From contig JAYWIR010000001.1 in assembly GCA_036172245.1 (NCBI GenBank), positions 2,232,001-2,296,000 of the forward strand: a stretch of 64,000 nucleotides of DNA, in the 5' to 3' direction. The notes under the pieces were generated by a model. It did not search any database. It saw nothing but the letters and a program-made list of their open reading frames with translations, and was not told the origin of the DNA. The DNA is from Raillietiella orientalis (taxonomy: Eukaryota). This document shows, in pieces, positions 50,050 to 62,807 of this stretch (its first letter is position 1; each line of letters opens with the position of its first letter). Both the position numbers and the translations under genes were made by a program.

Positions 50050-51620
50050 CCGCGAGGGTTCGACAAGCGCAAATTCTTCTTCCCAATGCGTATACAGAGA
50101 TCCTTAGTTGCAACAGAGGCGAGCAGTGCGTGTGGTCCAGCAGTGCGAGCCAGCTTTTTCCACAAGCGCTCTTCGTTCAGAGGGAAGAAGAGTCTTTACG
50201 AGTTCGTGTGGCTTTTTCCCTCCGCGATGCCTCATCCCTTCCCATTCATTGGCTGGTGTAAACCTTTGTCAGAATCTTCCTCGAGTTCGTGACTTCTCGG
50301 TTGATTCTGCCTAGCCTCTTCGAAAGGGAGCACGCCACACGTTTCTCTTCCAAAAGTCGAATCAGTACTGTCACTGGAGTTACGTTGCCTTGGATTCTTG
50401 AGTCCGATTCTTTTCTGGACGTGCACTAGCTCCAAGTGTTTTCTCACGAAAAACCGGGCCGATGCAACATGTGGCATATGAAGAGCCTCTGAAATGTATC
50501 TTCGAATGCACTTGAGTACTCTGCCATGCCCTGCTCTTTGGGATGAGCTTCTCCAAGAGCGCTGGTGAACTTTTGAGACAACAGTTCCAAAAGCCTTGAA
50601 GACTTCTCTTCCGGAACGGCGGAGATGCCAAGAAATCGCATCCGTGGCTGCATTTTCAGTCTCCTCGTTACTTGTGATCGGTGGCCGCCTGCGGGAGTCA
50701 ATGAACGACACACCTTCCAATCTCGTCTGCAGAATTTGCAATCCCTTTTTTTTTTAACCATGGACACGATCGTTGCCCTGACTACATCTTTCGGTGGTCT
50801 ACGCTCTTCCTATGCGATTTCGGTACGCAGCCATCGCCAGCCACGCCTCGAAACGCCCTCGGAGTGGAGTCTTGTGCCGGAGAAAGACACCTCTGTTCCT
50901 TTTTCTCTTCCACATTCCCAGCGTTGTACAGGGAAGGATGCCAGGCGCATCTGCAGCCAAGAGCCGGAGAAAGAGCAGCATCACTCCATCCTAGGAGGTG
51001 CTCTTCGGATACTCGGGTCATGTATCCGGAGGCTGGAAGGATCTGAAAGTAGATGAAGGTAGCATTCGTCATCCTGAAAAATGACGGGGGCATTGGCATC
51101 TGCCCAACTCCGACAGGTCGCTTCTTTCCGTGTCATCTTCGGTCCCTCGAAGAGGTACGTGCTATGCTCTCAGGGTGGTCCTCTTGCATCCGCGTCCCTG
51201 CAAGACACCTGGACTCAGCATCCGATGGGTGACGTAGCCCTGGTCCCCGTGCTGGTCATTTTACCTGGAGAAGATCATTCGCTCGTCTTCTTCCTAGCCT
51301 CAGCCTTCGCAGGCGGAGCAATCTTGGAAGATGCATGCGCTCCTGCAGCATCCGGCGTATTGGCAGTGAATTCTCCTGTAGTGAAAGGATGCCCATTGTG
51401 TGCCGGAGAAGGAAAAAGGTCACGGGAAGAACCAGTTCGTTCTCCCGGAAATTTCCGATTGTTCCGTCGAGGCCCTACCCGGTCCCTTGATCCCCCGGAT
51501 CCCTGCTTCTTCCTTTGTCTCTGTCGCGGGTTCTCGAAGAGCTCGAGGCTTGTTCGGAAAAGGAGGGAGAGAGAAATCATCGGACGGAGTCCAAGTTAGA
51601 TCGGTTGCCATCCAGCGTGA
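50050..51620 (-). mobile_element. L1/Tx1-like LINE 5' part (ORF1 knuckle, APE start, ORF2 linker)
   Basis: ORF1-like EEAGIRG...HY..C..CCRS..FQDC, and linker EEARQNQPRSHELEEDSDK, resembling GAxxRSRxxWxExGEK. Confidence 0.45.
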
Positions 51621-52249
51621 AGTGACCGAGATGATAAGGAAGAAGAAGCGCGGACCCGATGGAGCTGGAAAGAGACCGCGCCTCAAGAGGAATCCTGATC
51701 CATTTTTTTTTTTTTTTTTCTGTCTCCTAAGAGCTTGCCCGATTCTCCAAAGGAGGGAAGGCGAGGCGGGCGCATGAAATCACAACATAAGCACTGAGAT
51801 TCGCGCGGAGGCTCATCTTGAGATTTATGGCTGCCTGCTCTTCGAAATCTTCCGCGCTATTTCGCAGCTTCCAGCAAGAGGATGTGCTTAAATAGAGATG
51901 CTCCTTGCTGAGACTGCTGCGAGAAGATTCAGCTCGCTCTCAGAGCGCAGCTGCCGGTTTCGCATGCTGTAATCGACTTCTCTATCTTAACTCCATTTCT
52001 CCGAGCCAATCGTTGCGGAAAAAAAAACGAAAATCTGGATATGAAATTTGACTCGCCGTTTCTTGCCTTCATCCTTGACCTCTTTTTCTTCTTCCGACGC
52101 TGATGGTTGCCAAGGGTTTCTTTCAAATAGAACGAGGCATGGCTGACTGACTGTCTGGTTTCTCCCCCTCCCCCCTTTGCCTGTATCACGAACGCACCAT
52201 CATCTTCTCCCAAGCTGCTACTGAGGGATCACCTTGCCTCTAGGGTGAA

Positions 52250-53100
52250 TCATCTTCTAGAAACAACAGCACGGTGCCTTTCTGAAAGCATTTGTGTGTA
52301 TGAGGCTTCGGATGGGACCATCTTCCCTGACCCGGGAAGACGATCATCCGGTGGTCGGACGAGTGTGCTCTTCCAGAGAGGGGTACGCAAGCACGTGGTA
52401 CCGCGTGCAATGCTGGTGCCTTCGGAAGTCTCGCCCCGAATGGTCAGAGAGAGCTGGAGAGAATTCCAGGACATGGCCGGAAAGAATGCCTCCGGGTGTT
52501 CAGCGGCAAGGGAGAGCAGGAGAGCAGGCTTGCCCACTCGGAAACGGCCTCCAGCCAGCTTCAGACAGCGGCCCTCCTGGCTCCATTTCATCTAAAGAAC
52601 TTACGGTTAGATGGAAGCGCCTTGCAAGCGGCCGGTCAGAAGTCCTCGCGGGAAGCAGGCATGGAATCGGCAGGACATCCACTTTGAAGGCACTGGCGGG
52701 AGCATGCTGACGAGACGTTGCCATGGAAAAGGCGAGCGTGGAGCTGCTGAACGCCTGCTACCGCCGTCCCGGCCTCACGCCCAGCGCCAGTTCCAATGCG
52801 CGCGGAATACCTATCGAGCCGGGGATCCCTAGACATTCTCTTCGTAGTGTAACGGCGCCAAGCGGAGCGTCTCCGCTCCCTGGGGTGCGCGCGCGCGCCC
52901 CGTGCCGACATCCTCTTTGGAGTGGTCCACAAAGAGGGTAGAGCTGGTGCGACTGGGGAGGAGGGAGAGCGGGCTGTTCTCGGATGCGGCCATGCGCATC
53001 CAGGATGAGAGACCGCATCCGGGAGACAGGAAACCGCAAGCGGAAGTCTCCGTGGGTTTCCTGGAGCCAAAAATTCCAACAAGGAATTCCGAAAGGGGGG
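52250..53100 (-). mobile_element. LINE apurinic-like endonuclease (APE) remnant
   Basis: LQETH, an EDF (GDFN-like) motif and the terminal SDHRMIV motif in order on the minus strand. Confidence 0.6.
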
Positions 53101-53817
53101 AGTCGGTCCTGCTGTGTCACTGCAGGCACCAAGGTCACTTGATTGTGGCCGAAGGACCCGGCGGAAGAAAAAAGTGGACGACATAGCAACGCGCAAAAAG
53201 GCCACAGAGGAAAGAAGAGGGAGTGAATGATGGCGGAGAGGGAAGGGGACACGAAGCAGTGGACCTCAGAGAGCGGCCAGGATCTAAGGAGAGTGAGGGA
53301 TCGCATCGGGAGATGTCATGGAAGACGAAGAGACGGGCAGTGGACGGAGGTCGTAAAGCGGAACAGTCGCCGCTGAAGAGATGCAGCACAGCGTCATAAA
53401 GGAAGGCTCTACGCCGAGAGCCCGAAGAACGGATGCAGCTCGAAGCTGGAGGAGGAGGACGACGTTGAAGAGATCTCAACTGCTCTCGCGAGTTCTGGAG
53501 AAGAGGGATCCTTCCTTTCATCTCCTTGGGAGAAGAAATGCTGGAAAACAGGGTCGCAAGGAGCAAAGGTGTCCTCCTCGCTGCGGCTTTTCATGTTGCA
53601 GTGCACTCCTCCATTCCTTGCCTTTCCCATTCTTCCTGGTCCCGCTGTCCTTCCGGAAGCAGGGATTCTGCGGCGCCTCCTTCGCGGTGGTTTTTTCATG
53701 CTGCAGGAAAGTCCTCCATCCAGCATTCCCATCCTCCATACCCTTGTCCTTCCCGTTCTTCTGATCCCTTTCTCCTTCCTTCTCTCTGTCCGTCTCACTC
53801 TCCCCTTTTCTTTCCAG

Positions 53818-54047
53818 CGTTCCCGGGAGTCTCTGAGACCACCTCGCTGCAGGAAGTCTTCCCGGAAAGCCGGCTCGGCACGCGTACGACCCCGGAAGGC
53901 CTCCCGCACCCGGCCACCTCCGCCCACGTGCTCGTCTCCCCGGCGGCGATCCCGCTCTTCCGGAACAACACGTCCGCGAACCTAACCTTAGGCGAGGGCA
54001 GTTCCGCGGACCTGCGATGCCAGGTGTCGAGCCTCGGACCAAGAGGG
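53818..54047 (+). CDS. Dpr/zig-8-like two-Ig cell-surface protein, first identifiable coding exon (Ser/Thr/Pro stalk + start of Ig1)
   Basis: Long polypyrimidine tract + TTCCAG acceptor (AG 53816-17), phase 1. Encodes ...PLFRNNTSANLTLGEGSSADLRCQVSSLGPRG. Donor GTGAGT at 54048. Matches the Dpr pattern PxF..NxT...GxxAxLxCxVxxLG. Confidence 0.85.
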
Positions 54048-54949
54048 GTGAGTCGTGGTTGGGAAGAAGTGGGCCCGGGAAATCTGGGATAGCAGCGGCT
54101 CCAAGCCTGAAGCCCGTGAACCAGCGGGAGTCAGTCTTGAGTGTCCTTGCAGTGGAACCGTACGGGTCATCTTGGGCGAAGGGGGAGGTGGGGGGGAGGA
54201 ACGATCTTCGGAGTCAACTCGAGGAGCCCCCTGGCACGACCCCTTTGTCCCCTATGCGTCTCGGCTTCCCGGCTGGGTGGGGTCCCCCTCGCTCGTCAAG
54301 GACGCCTGCCGAGGGAGGATGCGACCTCCGCTGCGGTCCACCGCGCCAGCGGGAACACGCGACAGAGGAGACTAGGGCTGGGACCGTGGAAGGACGCTGG
54401 AAGAAGAGGAAGAGGAACGACTTTTGGGGCAGTATCAGGGAACCACTCCCTGTTTTTATCCCGGGAAGGAGTGTGGGGATAGCTGAGAGGTGCGCGTTTT
54501 CCGCCAGCCTCTCGTCTCCGGTAGGAGGGAGGGGTGCGCGTTCTTGGGAATTCCGAGGTCGCCCACAAGACGACGACGACGGAGAGTGCGCTAGCGCGGG
54601 TCGCGGCGTGCTACCCGAAGAATACCCTCAGTTTTCCGGGTCCGCCCTATGAGGGGACTGAGAGGCTCAGGGAGAGACATCTCTCCCGCAGCATCCCCTC
54701 TATCCTTTGCTGAACAGACAGTCCCGCATTTTCTCAAAAGAAGGCTCTTTGCGGATTTCCAAAGGGATCTCCGGCGCATCTGTCCCCGGAAGTACCCCCG
54801 TTCTCCTTTCTCTCCCCGGGAGGCTGTTTTCCGGATTCCTGAAGGGTCATTCGACTGATCAGAGAGGCCTCGCGCCTACCCATTGACTCCATGCCTAAGG
54901 TTGTTTTTGTTCCCCACGCCCTTGATCCCTCCGGCTAGGCCCGAAATTC

Positions 54950-56220
54950 GAGCCGGACACCCTCCAGGGGAGGAGGAGGAGGCGATCTCCACGTTACAGC
55001 GCCTCCCTTCCGTTCCCGGCTCTTCCCGCAGCGCGCGGCTGCTCTCCTATCATGCGCTCTCTTCGTCGGGAAGAGAAAGGAGGAGGGGGAATCCTGGAAG
55101 ACAGCAGCGGTTTCCTTGAGGAGGGCGAGTCCATCCGGGAGGGAAGGGAAGGCGGAAGGGTCCGAATGCTCATACCGGTGCAAGGGAGAGGTAGTCAAGG
55201 TCGTCCGGCTACCACTTCTCTTCTCCGTAAAGGGAAAGGGGGAGCGAGAATCTCGGGGTGGGGCACAGCAGGGGTCATCGGGGGTGCTGTTGCAATCCCT
55301 TCTCCCCTGCTGCCGCGCAGGCGAGTTTTCCCCATCAGACGCCGCTCGCCCTCTCGGTAGGTCTTTCCATGAACGGGAAGACAATAGGACACTCGTATTC
55401 CTCGGCAAAGGGAACCCTGTGCGGGTCCACCTTTTGCGTTCCCTAGGCACCCGGAGCCAGATGCAGGAGGGAAAGGTGCATCGGGGAGGCTGCCCTTGGC
55501 AGATCCAGTGTCAAGGGCCCTTTCGGGAATGTGGCCGGTCCGCATCCCGGACTGCCCCTTGCTCGAAACCCGGGGCCTCCGCGGGTGATCGCTCTCGCCA
55601 AAAGAACGCCGAAGATGCGAGCCGGTGCGAGGGGAGGAGTGGAAGTGGCCCCTGATAGCCCTGCGGCAAAGGGAAGGCCAAGATGTCCAATCCTTTCCCG
55701 CTGTGCAAGTGGAGTGCAGACGGGAGCGGAGCCGCCATCAGGGAGCAAATGTTCCCTCCCTGAGGCAGTCTCTCCACCTCCGCCATCCCCTTCTTCCGGC
55801 TCTTCCTACCAGGAAGAGGGGGACCCCGGAAGGAGTCCTGACCTCTTGTGAAACGAGGGATCTTCAAAGGACGTGGAAGGATTTCCTGGAGTCTCCTCAT
55901 CCCCATGAGAGAAATTTCCTGAAAAAAAGGAAGTTCCTCATGGAGGGATGCGTCTTCCATGGTGCGGTTGCCATGGGGAACTCGATGAAAGTCTCTGGTG
56001 GGCGTGCCGCGGGCCTCTCCTTCAAGGATGTTGCCGCAGCTCCCAGTCCGAGGATCATCCTGGCAGGTGCTTCAGGTCAAGGTTGAAGAGGATGATCGGA
56101 GTCATGCTGAAGACACGGAGGCACATCCGGAGTCACCTGCGTCGGGCACCGTCTGTGCTCTGTTATGGCCTCCTCGGTGGGAGCGGTTGACCATCTCGGA
56201 GCCTCTAAAAAGAGGTAGTG
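54950..56220 (+). mobile_element. LINE ORF1 + APE remnant in a Dpr intron
   Basis: ORF1-like IQCQGPFRECG...PC knuckle region, then RIILAG (GDFN-like). Degenerate. Confidence 0.4.
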
Positions 56221-56779
56221 CGTGCAATCGGATAGCCTCCTGCATGTAGCGCTAGCGTCGAGTCTAGGTGAGGGTGGGCGTTCCAACCAAGGCGACAAGG
56301 AGGGTTACTATGGCAAAGTGGAAATGAGGCGAGGAGTCGTTGAAGCTTCTCAGTTGGCCAGTTGCCCGGAAAGGAACTTTTGCCTCCAGCTCCGTCAACA
56401 AGCAAGGGGGGAGGGGAACAGCTTTCAGCTGCAAGCTCAGTACCCAGGTCGTTGTTGACCTGCTCTTCCTCCCCCTCCTTGCCAACAGACCACGGGTTCA
56501 GTACGCGAGTGCGCGTCACTGACAAAGCTGGATCTAAATCGAACGCTCGTGGACGTTGAGCGACGCTGCACATGGAAGAAACGACCCTCCCTCCCCCAAA
56601 AAACACTATGCAGCAGCGGCGCAGAATCGATACCATGGCGAACTTCATTGTCCAGGAAAGAATGGATGGCGAACTCTCGCAGCGGCAGTGTTTCCGCCTA
56701 GGATGGTCTCTTCATCACAAGAGCGCAGAATACTTCCGAGTTGGTGGAGTTTCTTTCACTACCACGTGAACACAACCAC

Positions 56780-57340
56780 GGATTTTCCTGGCTGCGGATG
56801 CCTCGAGATCCTGCCACCACGCGTAGGCCCGTGGATCGCTGAAGATTTCCCCTCTCTACGCCTGCCTTGCTGGCACCACCGCCTCAAGTCCGATCCGACA
56901 AGAATCAGTGCCCGCATCCTTCACAACCCTCCATGCCGGTCGAGAGACAGCGAGCCCGAGGGCCGGCGGTCAGCCGTCCCTCCGGCCGTTGCAGAAGACG
57001 GCCGGGCGTTTCCAGGCAACACAGGGGGCAATTCACCTTGCGCATCCTCCTCCATGCCACCACGCGTTTCACGCGTCGGCCCCGCGACCTCGGAAAGGCC
57101 GACCGATCCTAGGTCGCCTGCGCGCACAGTGAGCGGCATTCGAAGACGGACATGCCTAGAGGGCGATCTTGAAGTCCCGATTCGATCGCCTCACTTGTGG
57201 ACTCGAATCTTTCCTGCAGCATCGATGTGCTGCGGGCGCAAGCGCAGACTCTTTTCACCTGTCTCACGTCGCGCGCAGGGAAGTCCACAGGGAAGAACTC
57301 TCGAACGGACAGTGCCGAGTGGATGCTGAGCTTCCGTGAT
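56780..57340 (+). mobile_element. Highly degenerate RLE-type (R2/NeSL-like) C-terminal remnant
   Basis: Frameshifted GRETAS (knuckle), RxxRH-like, PDL and GARG-like motifs in the expected order. Weak. Confidence 0.3.
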
Positions 57341-58329
57341 GCTTCTCTGCTGAGACTCGAGCAGCGACATTCTTGAGAAAGCAGGTGCGGGGCCCTCCGC
57401 GGCCAACGGGCAGCAACTGCAAAAAAAGGTCGCTCTTGGACTCCCGGCTGTCTCCTCAAACAAGGAAGGAGCAGTTTCCATGCACATGCCCTCTTCCCTC
57501 TCTAAGCCCCCTCTCCGGTTTCCTTGGAGACCAGAGTGGATCTACGATCAGCAAGAAAGAAACCATGAAGGCAGTCGATCTCTGCAGAGTTGGGAGTGGA
57601 AGCGTCCTCTGGGGTCGCGTCTCCTGCTCAGAAACGTCCATCAGGACATCTTACCGTGTCTAACGCGCCACGTTCTACTCCTGAGGGCACCTCGACGCCG
57701 CGGTCGAACGGGCAAGACACGCGTAGGGCGCGGTTTCCCCCAGATCGTCGCTGCCTGGGTCGAGAGTATCGGGGGGTGGCACCCCCAAGTCCTGCTCTCG
57801 GTGGCTCTCGCTGCCTCCTGGATCTTCCGGGGAAGTACCCAGTTCGTCTGAGGAACGCATGGTCGTCTTCGGACCGGAATCCTCCACCGTCCGCCTCCCT
57901 CTCCATGACAGAGATTCCTTCCCGCTGACCTATCTACTCGCACCTGAATGGCGCCTGCTTCGCGGAAGGGGTCGAAAGGGTGAGATCGCTTTCTCCTCAG
58001 AAAAGGCGGCTCTATTGCTGCACGATTTCGACAGGAGAGCGGTGGCAAAGAGCCGCGTCTCCGGGGAATCCATTGCAGCCATCGGGTTCGGAGAGGCCGC
58101 TTTTGACTCAGAGGGGTGGTCAGATCGGGGAGCAGCCAAAGACAAGCTAACCGCAGTTTTTCTCTCTCTTCATGCTGCTGGAAGGAAGGGGTGAGTATGC
58201 ATCTCGGTGTTGTCTGCCTCGCACCTTCCTCAACTTCCTCCTCCCCTTCCCGGTTCCTGCTACGTGGCCTCGCCAGTACCGCTGGCTCTAGCAGGAAGAG
58301 GCCACCTCAGTGGTGCAGTTTCTTCCTCC

Positions 58330-59080
58330 TTCGCTTCGCGCTCACGCTAGGGGATAGATGTGAGGGTGGGACAAGAAGCCGACCGCGGTGTCCGGACAGC
58401 AGCGCTCGTGGCGTCCAAGCCGCGGCCCGATGGGCACGCCGCTCTTCCCTGGCCTTTGTAAAGTCCTCAGAAAGGTGCGGGGTGCGGAGGCAGTGACCCC
58501 TTTCCGGATTCCCTTTCTCTTTCCCCTTGCTACGAGCGGGAGTCATGCAAGACACCCCTTTCAAGAGGTTATGCGGTGACCTCGTCGATGCGGGGACACG
58601 ACCTCCGGACTCCTGGAAGTCACTCCGTCCTCCCGAATGATCAACTTTTCCATCAAATTCTCGCTCCTCGCACAGGAGAGGAATTGCCGTTTGCTGACCT
58701 CGAGCGATGATTTCGTCGATGAGAGGACATGGCCTCCGAACTCCTGACTGGAGCGCCGAGGCAGCGCAGGATGACTTTTCGGACACGCCGGAGTCTAAAA
58801 AAAGGGGCAAGCCAGGACCTCTCCTGCATCCTCATTAGCTGTCGCCGACCCATCCCCAGTTTTCTGCTGGAGACTGCTTGAGTGAGGGGGCGCCAGGAGA
58901 TCCCCCGGGCTCACGGCGCCCTCCACGCTGCTAAGGAAGGCTCTCCAAGGTGGAGAGGACGACACACTGAGAACCAGTTCGCGCGCATCCCGAAGGGGAA
59001 TGTCCAAGGATGCAGCAGCTGCTTCCAAGCTCGCAGATCCCTTTTCTCTTGGACGCCGGGTTGGACCCTGGGCAGCATCG
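58330..59080 (-). mobile_element. L1-like ORF2 linker remnant in a Dpr intron
   Basis: AWK(LN)-like, RSSQ...SSTK..L..KRQ...REDG, PHLSED motifs. Confidence 0.45.
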
Positions 59081-59699
59081 AGAGACGGAGGGTTGGAATT
59101 GGCGGTGGAGTCCGAGCCATTCTGGAAGTGGGGAGGAAGGAAAAAAACAGGGTAGCTCTTGTCGCCTCTTGCGTTTTCCTGTGTCCATCAGGACTTCCGG
59201 GAAGGGTCGATGGTTTCTCAGTGGTCGCTGGAGTCTCGGTCTCGTCCTTCTGGACGGATGGCAACCTCCCCCCCTCTCCACGCTTTCTGGGCCACGAAAG
59301 CAGCAGCAGCAGCCACATCAGGGGAGCCGCTACCTGGTCACCTCGCAGCCTCCCTTCCCCCTCCTCGCAGCTCGTAGCTGGCTCGAGCAGGTGCGGAGGC
59401 GAGACACGGTCGATCACCACAGTGTCACTTCCCCGCAGCGAAGTCCTCAGGCGCTTCCTCCCCCCCTGATTCACCTCAGTATACAGACCCACAAAGCATG
59501 CGCGCCCTCTGACGCTCTCGGCCTTCTCTGCCCGAACGGGCTGGAGGTCAGCTGACCAAATCCCTCTGCTTGCCTACCCGCATGCCTCCTCCGCGTTCCA
59601 CAGCGACCCTTCATCGAGCGAGTCTGGAAACCGAGACCCAAGCGCAGAGATCAGGAAGATTTCCCTTTCTCCACTCTGAGGTGGGCGCACCCGTTCCAG

Positions 59700-59870
59700 T
59701 TGTCCTGGATACGCCAGAGGAAGGAGGGAGACTTTCAGATCCTGGCCTCCGGCCTGATGGTTTACACGAGGGACAGGAGGATCCGAGTGACCCACCAGGA
59801 AGATGGAGACGAGTGGACCCTGCACATCCGCGACCTAAAGACCAGAGACTCCGGGACCTACGAGTGCCAG
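59700..59870 (+). CDS. Dpr/zig-8-like protein, Ig1 core exon
   Basis: CCAG acceptor. 171 nt, phase 0/0. LSWIRQRKEGDFQILASGLMVYTRDRRIRVTHQEDGDEWTLHIRDLKTRDSGTYECQ carries the Dpr hallmarks SWIR, YTxDxR, WTLxI and RDSGxYECQ. Donor GTGAGA. Confidence 0.93.
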
Positions 59871-60300
59871 GTGAGAAGCAGACGGAGAGGGATTCGGGGC
59901 CCTAGCACCAGCGGGTCTCCCCCGAAGCGCTGGCGCGTGGTGGCTCCCTCTTCCAGCCCGAGGAGCCAAATGGGTGCCCGAGCCCGGCGACTGGCTGCAC
60001 GGTAGAAGTTCCCCTGTGCCGAAGCCACAAGGGGAGATACTTTCCGGGATGCGGGTCCAGACAGGGAAGCGATCGCTGAGAGGTCGACGCCCGCACGCGT
60101 TCCGTGGACGTCCCTTTAGTGACATCGTCACAGCCGCCTCTCCTGCGCCCACAGAGAGTGTGGAGAAGCGTGAAAGGATAGTACGAAGCCTACGGCGTCC
60201 CTGTTTCCTTCTCTCTTTCTCTTGTCTTCCTTCTCCCATTCCCCGATCCAGAGAACCTACTCGGGGCCAGCTGTGGCGCACCAGCCAGAGCAGCCAGGAG

Positions 60301-61214
60301 GGTCTGCTAAGTACCTCATAGCCGGTCGCATGCCTCGCGGCGCACGTGGCTCTTTTAAACACACTGTTTTGTTCCCGCGCCTCTTCGCCTGCGGCAACCC
60401 GCAGGGGGGCGTTCAATTCTTCAGGATAGGGCGCACCCCGGAATGGAGGTCCTCCCTATGAATCCAAGAAGGGTTCGGAGTCCGTTCCTCTCACGCTTGG
60501 GAAGGGATCCCCCCCGGATGGGGGGATCGCACCTCCCACCCTGGTTGTTTCCGAAGGGGAACCCCGAAGGGAATCTCCTTCCACATTCTCTCCGGAGGGA
60601 CACTCCCCCCCAATGGGGAGGGGCTGTCCTCTCTATTTCATCTTCTCCGAAGGAAACTCGGAAAGGATTCGCTAGTAGGAATTTCTTCTCCGGAGGGAAC
60701 CCGCAAGGGAACCGCTCCTGTTCACTCCTCTGAAGAGAACCCCTAAAGGACGCTCCCGAAACTCAGAAGGGGCGCTGCAGCTTCCCGCAGGGAATCGCTC
60801 TCGCTTGCTTCCTTGTGCACTCTGTGAAGAGTCGACGACTTGGAAGGTCCCCCCGCAACAGAGGGAATCCGCTCCTTTGAACAACTGGAGAGGTGCCCGT
60901 GAGGGCTCCTGCTCTATCTTGAAACCGGAGGGGTCCCCCGATGGGGGGGGCCCTCTCCGTTGCACGACAGGGGGGAGAACTCCCCACTCCTTGATTCCTG
61001 GAAGAACCCGAAGGTCAATTTCCCATTGTTCCGGTCTTCATCGGAGGCCTCCGGCTCAAACCACCACCGGTGCCACGCCCGAATGAGTAGGCCAGCCAGC
61101 GCCATTGCAGGAGAAACCCAACGACGCAGTGACGTCAGTTTCTGCCGGAGTATTCGAGCCCGCGACGCATGGTGCCACGCGCGGAAGCTTTAACGACAAA
61201 GCCTTTGACGCGGT
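60301..61214 (-). mobile_element. tRNA-headed SINE, full-length copy in a Dpr intron
   Basis: Reverse-complement homologue of 45113-45908 with the same head and tail. Flanked by the direct repeat CCAGGAG (60294-300 / 61215-21). Confidence 0.8.
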
Positions 61215-61914
61215 CCAGGAGAGTTCTGGAAGGAAAAAAAGGCTTGGTGTCCTGGCGCACTTCCAGGACAAGTTCCGGCACACTTCCGCGGCTCCTTAAG
61301 GGGGCGGACCAGACACGGCAGGGTGCACGCCGCTGCCGCCGCCGCTGCCGCTGCAGGCGTCTCTTTCCGGGCACTCGGTCTTCCTCCTTTCGAGAGGGAC
61401 GCAGACAATCAGCTTCTTCGCTGGCCCTTCTTCCTTTCCACTCCCGCCACCCCACTCTCCTTTTCTCTCTGGACGTCGTTTGCGGCTGCAGCGGAGGCGC
61501 CGCAGACGTTTACCGGTGGCCTCCCCCTGACCTCACCCTGACCTCCGTGCCTCCCCCCTCCCCTCCGAGAATAAACCGCTTTCTCGTCCCCTTCCCTCTT
61601 CCCTTCTGCTAACAATTCCCTTTCGCTTGCCCGAGGGTTGTCCACGGAGCTCCTCCTCAGGAGCCCTTTGCCCCTCGGCGGTCTCTCTGGAGTGCGAGGC
61701 TCGCGCCTGCGCACGCGAGGCATGCGGTTTCCGGAGCGACGCGCTCATACCTTAACCAGTAGGCCGCGACGTTAAGGAAAACGGCACGGGGTTTTTCCCT
61801 GATTCCTTCTTGCTCCCGTTCCCGTCGCTGACGTGCAGGGAAGGGACCGTAAGGGAATGGAGCCTCCCGAATTACCAGCAGCGAGCGGACGTGACATTCT
61901 CATCTGCCCTCTAG

Positions 61915-62049
61915 GTCACCGTGGGCAGCGGCGTCTCTTCCAGTCTCTTCCACCTGAAGGTGGTGGCGGTCTCCGTGGAGATCCTGGAGAGCAAGGAGTA
62001 CCACATCTACCGGAGGTCCACCCTGGTGCTCACGTGCCGCGTCCACGAC
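61915..62049 (+). CDS. Dpr/zig-8-like protein, end of Ig1 and start of Ig2
   Basis: CTAG acceptor. 135 nt, phase 0/0. VTVGSGVSSSLFHLKVVAVSVEILESKEYHIYRRSTLVLTCRVHD. Donor GTGAGT at 62050. Confidence 0.9.
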
Positions 62050-62483
62050 GTGAGTGCCGCACTGGGAGGGCGGGGGCGCGCGCCTGCGCATGCGGTTCTC
62101 CACCTCGCCGAAGGAGGGAGCGGGAGAATGGGTGCTCCCGAAACTTGCGTGCCGCCACCTTCTGAAGCTGGTGCAACGAAGAGACTTCCTGGACTTTCCT
62201 TTCTCCCGGGAGGAGTCCTTCCATTCCCTGGAGAGCAACTACCCGTCTCTCCCCCTTTTTCCGATCCCGGTCCTGGATTTCGTCAAGGCAACGACGCGAC
62301 AGGCGTCCGGGAACTTCTTCCGTTCCCGTTCGTCGTCAGGCGGCGGGGTCCCTGCAATATCTTCAAGGGCTCCTCCCACTCTTTCTCGGGAGTGCAGCCG
62401 CGCGTACGCGCGCATCCCTACCCCCAGGCGTTGCGGCGGGAGTGCCTCCCTAGTCAGTCCGCATCGGCGCTTCCCACCAACAG

Positions 62484-62697
62484 GTGCTGCGCGCCATCTC
62501 GCACGTTCAGTGGTTCCATGAGGCGACCCCGCTGCCAGCGGGGAAAGGGAAGGCGCTCGTGCACACCACGTCGCTGCCCTCCGGCTACGTGGTCAGCAAG
62601 CTGTCCGTCCCGGACGCCGGGTTCGCAGACTCTGGCCGGTACACCTGCGTGGCCAACGGCATCCACCGGAGCGCCGTCAGCGTCTTCGTCAGCGAAG
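62484..62697 (+). CDS. Dpr/zig-8-like protein, Ig2 core exon
   Basis: ACAG acceptor. VLRAISHVQWFH...SKLSVPDAGFADSGRYTCVANG...VSVFVSE contains the Ig Trp and DSGxYTC motifs. Phase-1 donor GTGAGA at 62698. Confidence 0.92.
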
Positions 62698-62807
62698 GTG
62701 AGAGCCAGCAGGAAGATTTCCTCCTTCTCCTTCCCCTCCACCCCAACCATCCGGTGCTTCCCTCCCTCTTCCCCTTGTTTCCCCGTTCCTCCTTGTTTCC
62801 TTTCCAG

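Noticed and set aside
53526..53817. In-frame upstream ATGs (53538, or 53593 with a GTCCCG donor) as the Dpr start
   Set aside because: No good signal peptide, a weak donor, and a strong polypyrimidine acceptor at 53817 argue that this stretch is intron. Not fully excluded.
56556..57329. 257-aa ORF as a host gene
   Set aside because: Low-complexity Arg/Pro/Ser-rich translation inside an intron, better explained as GC-rich retroelement debris.
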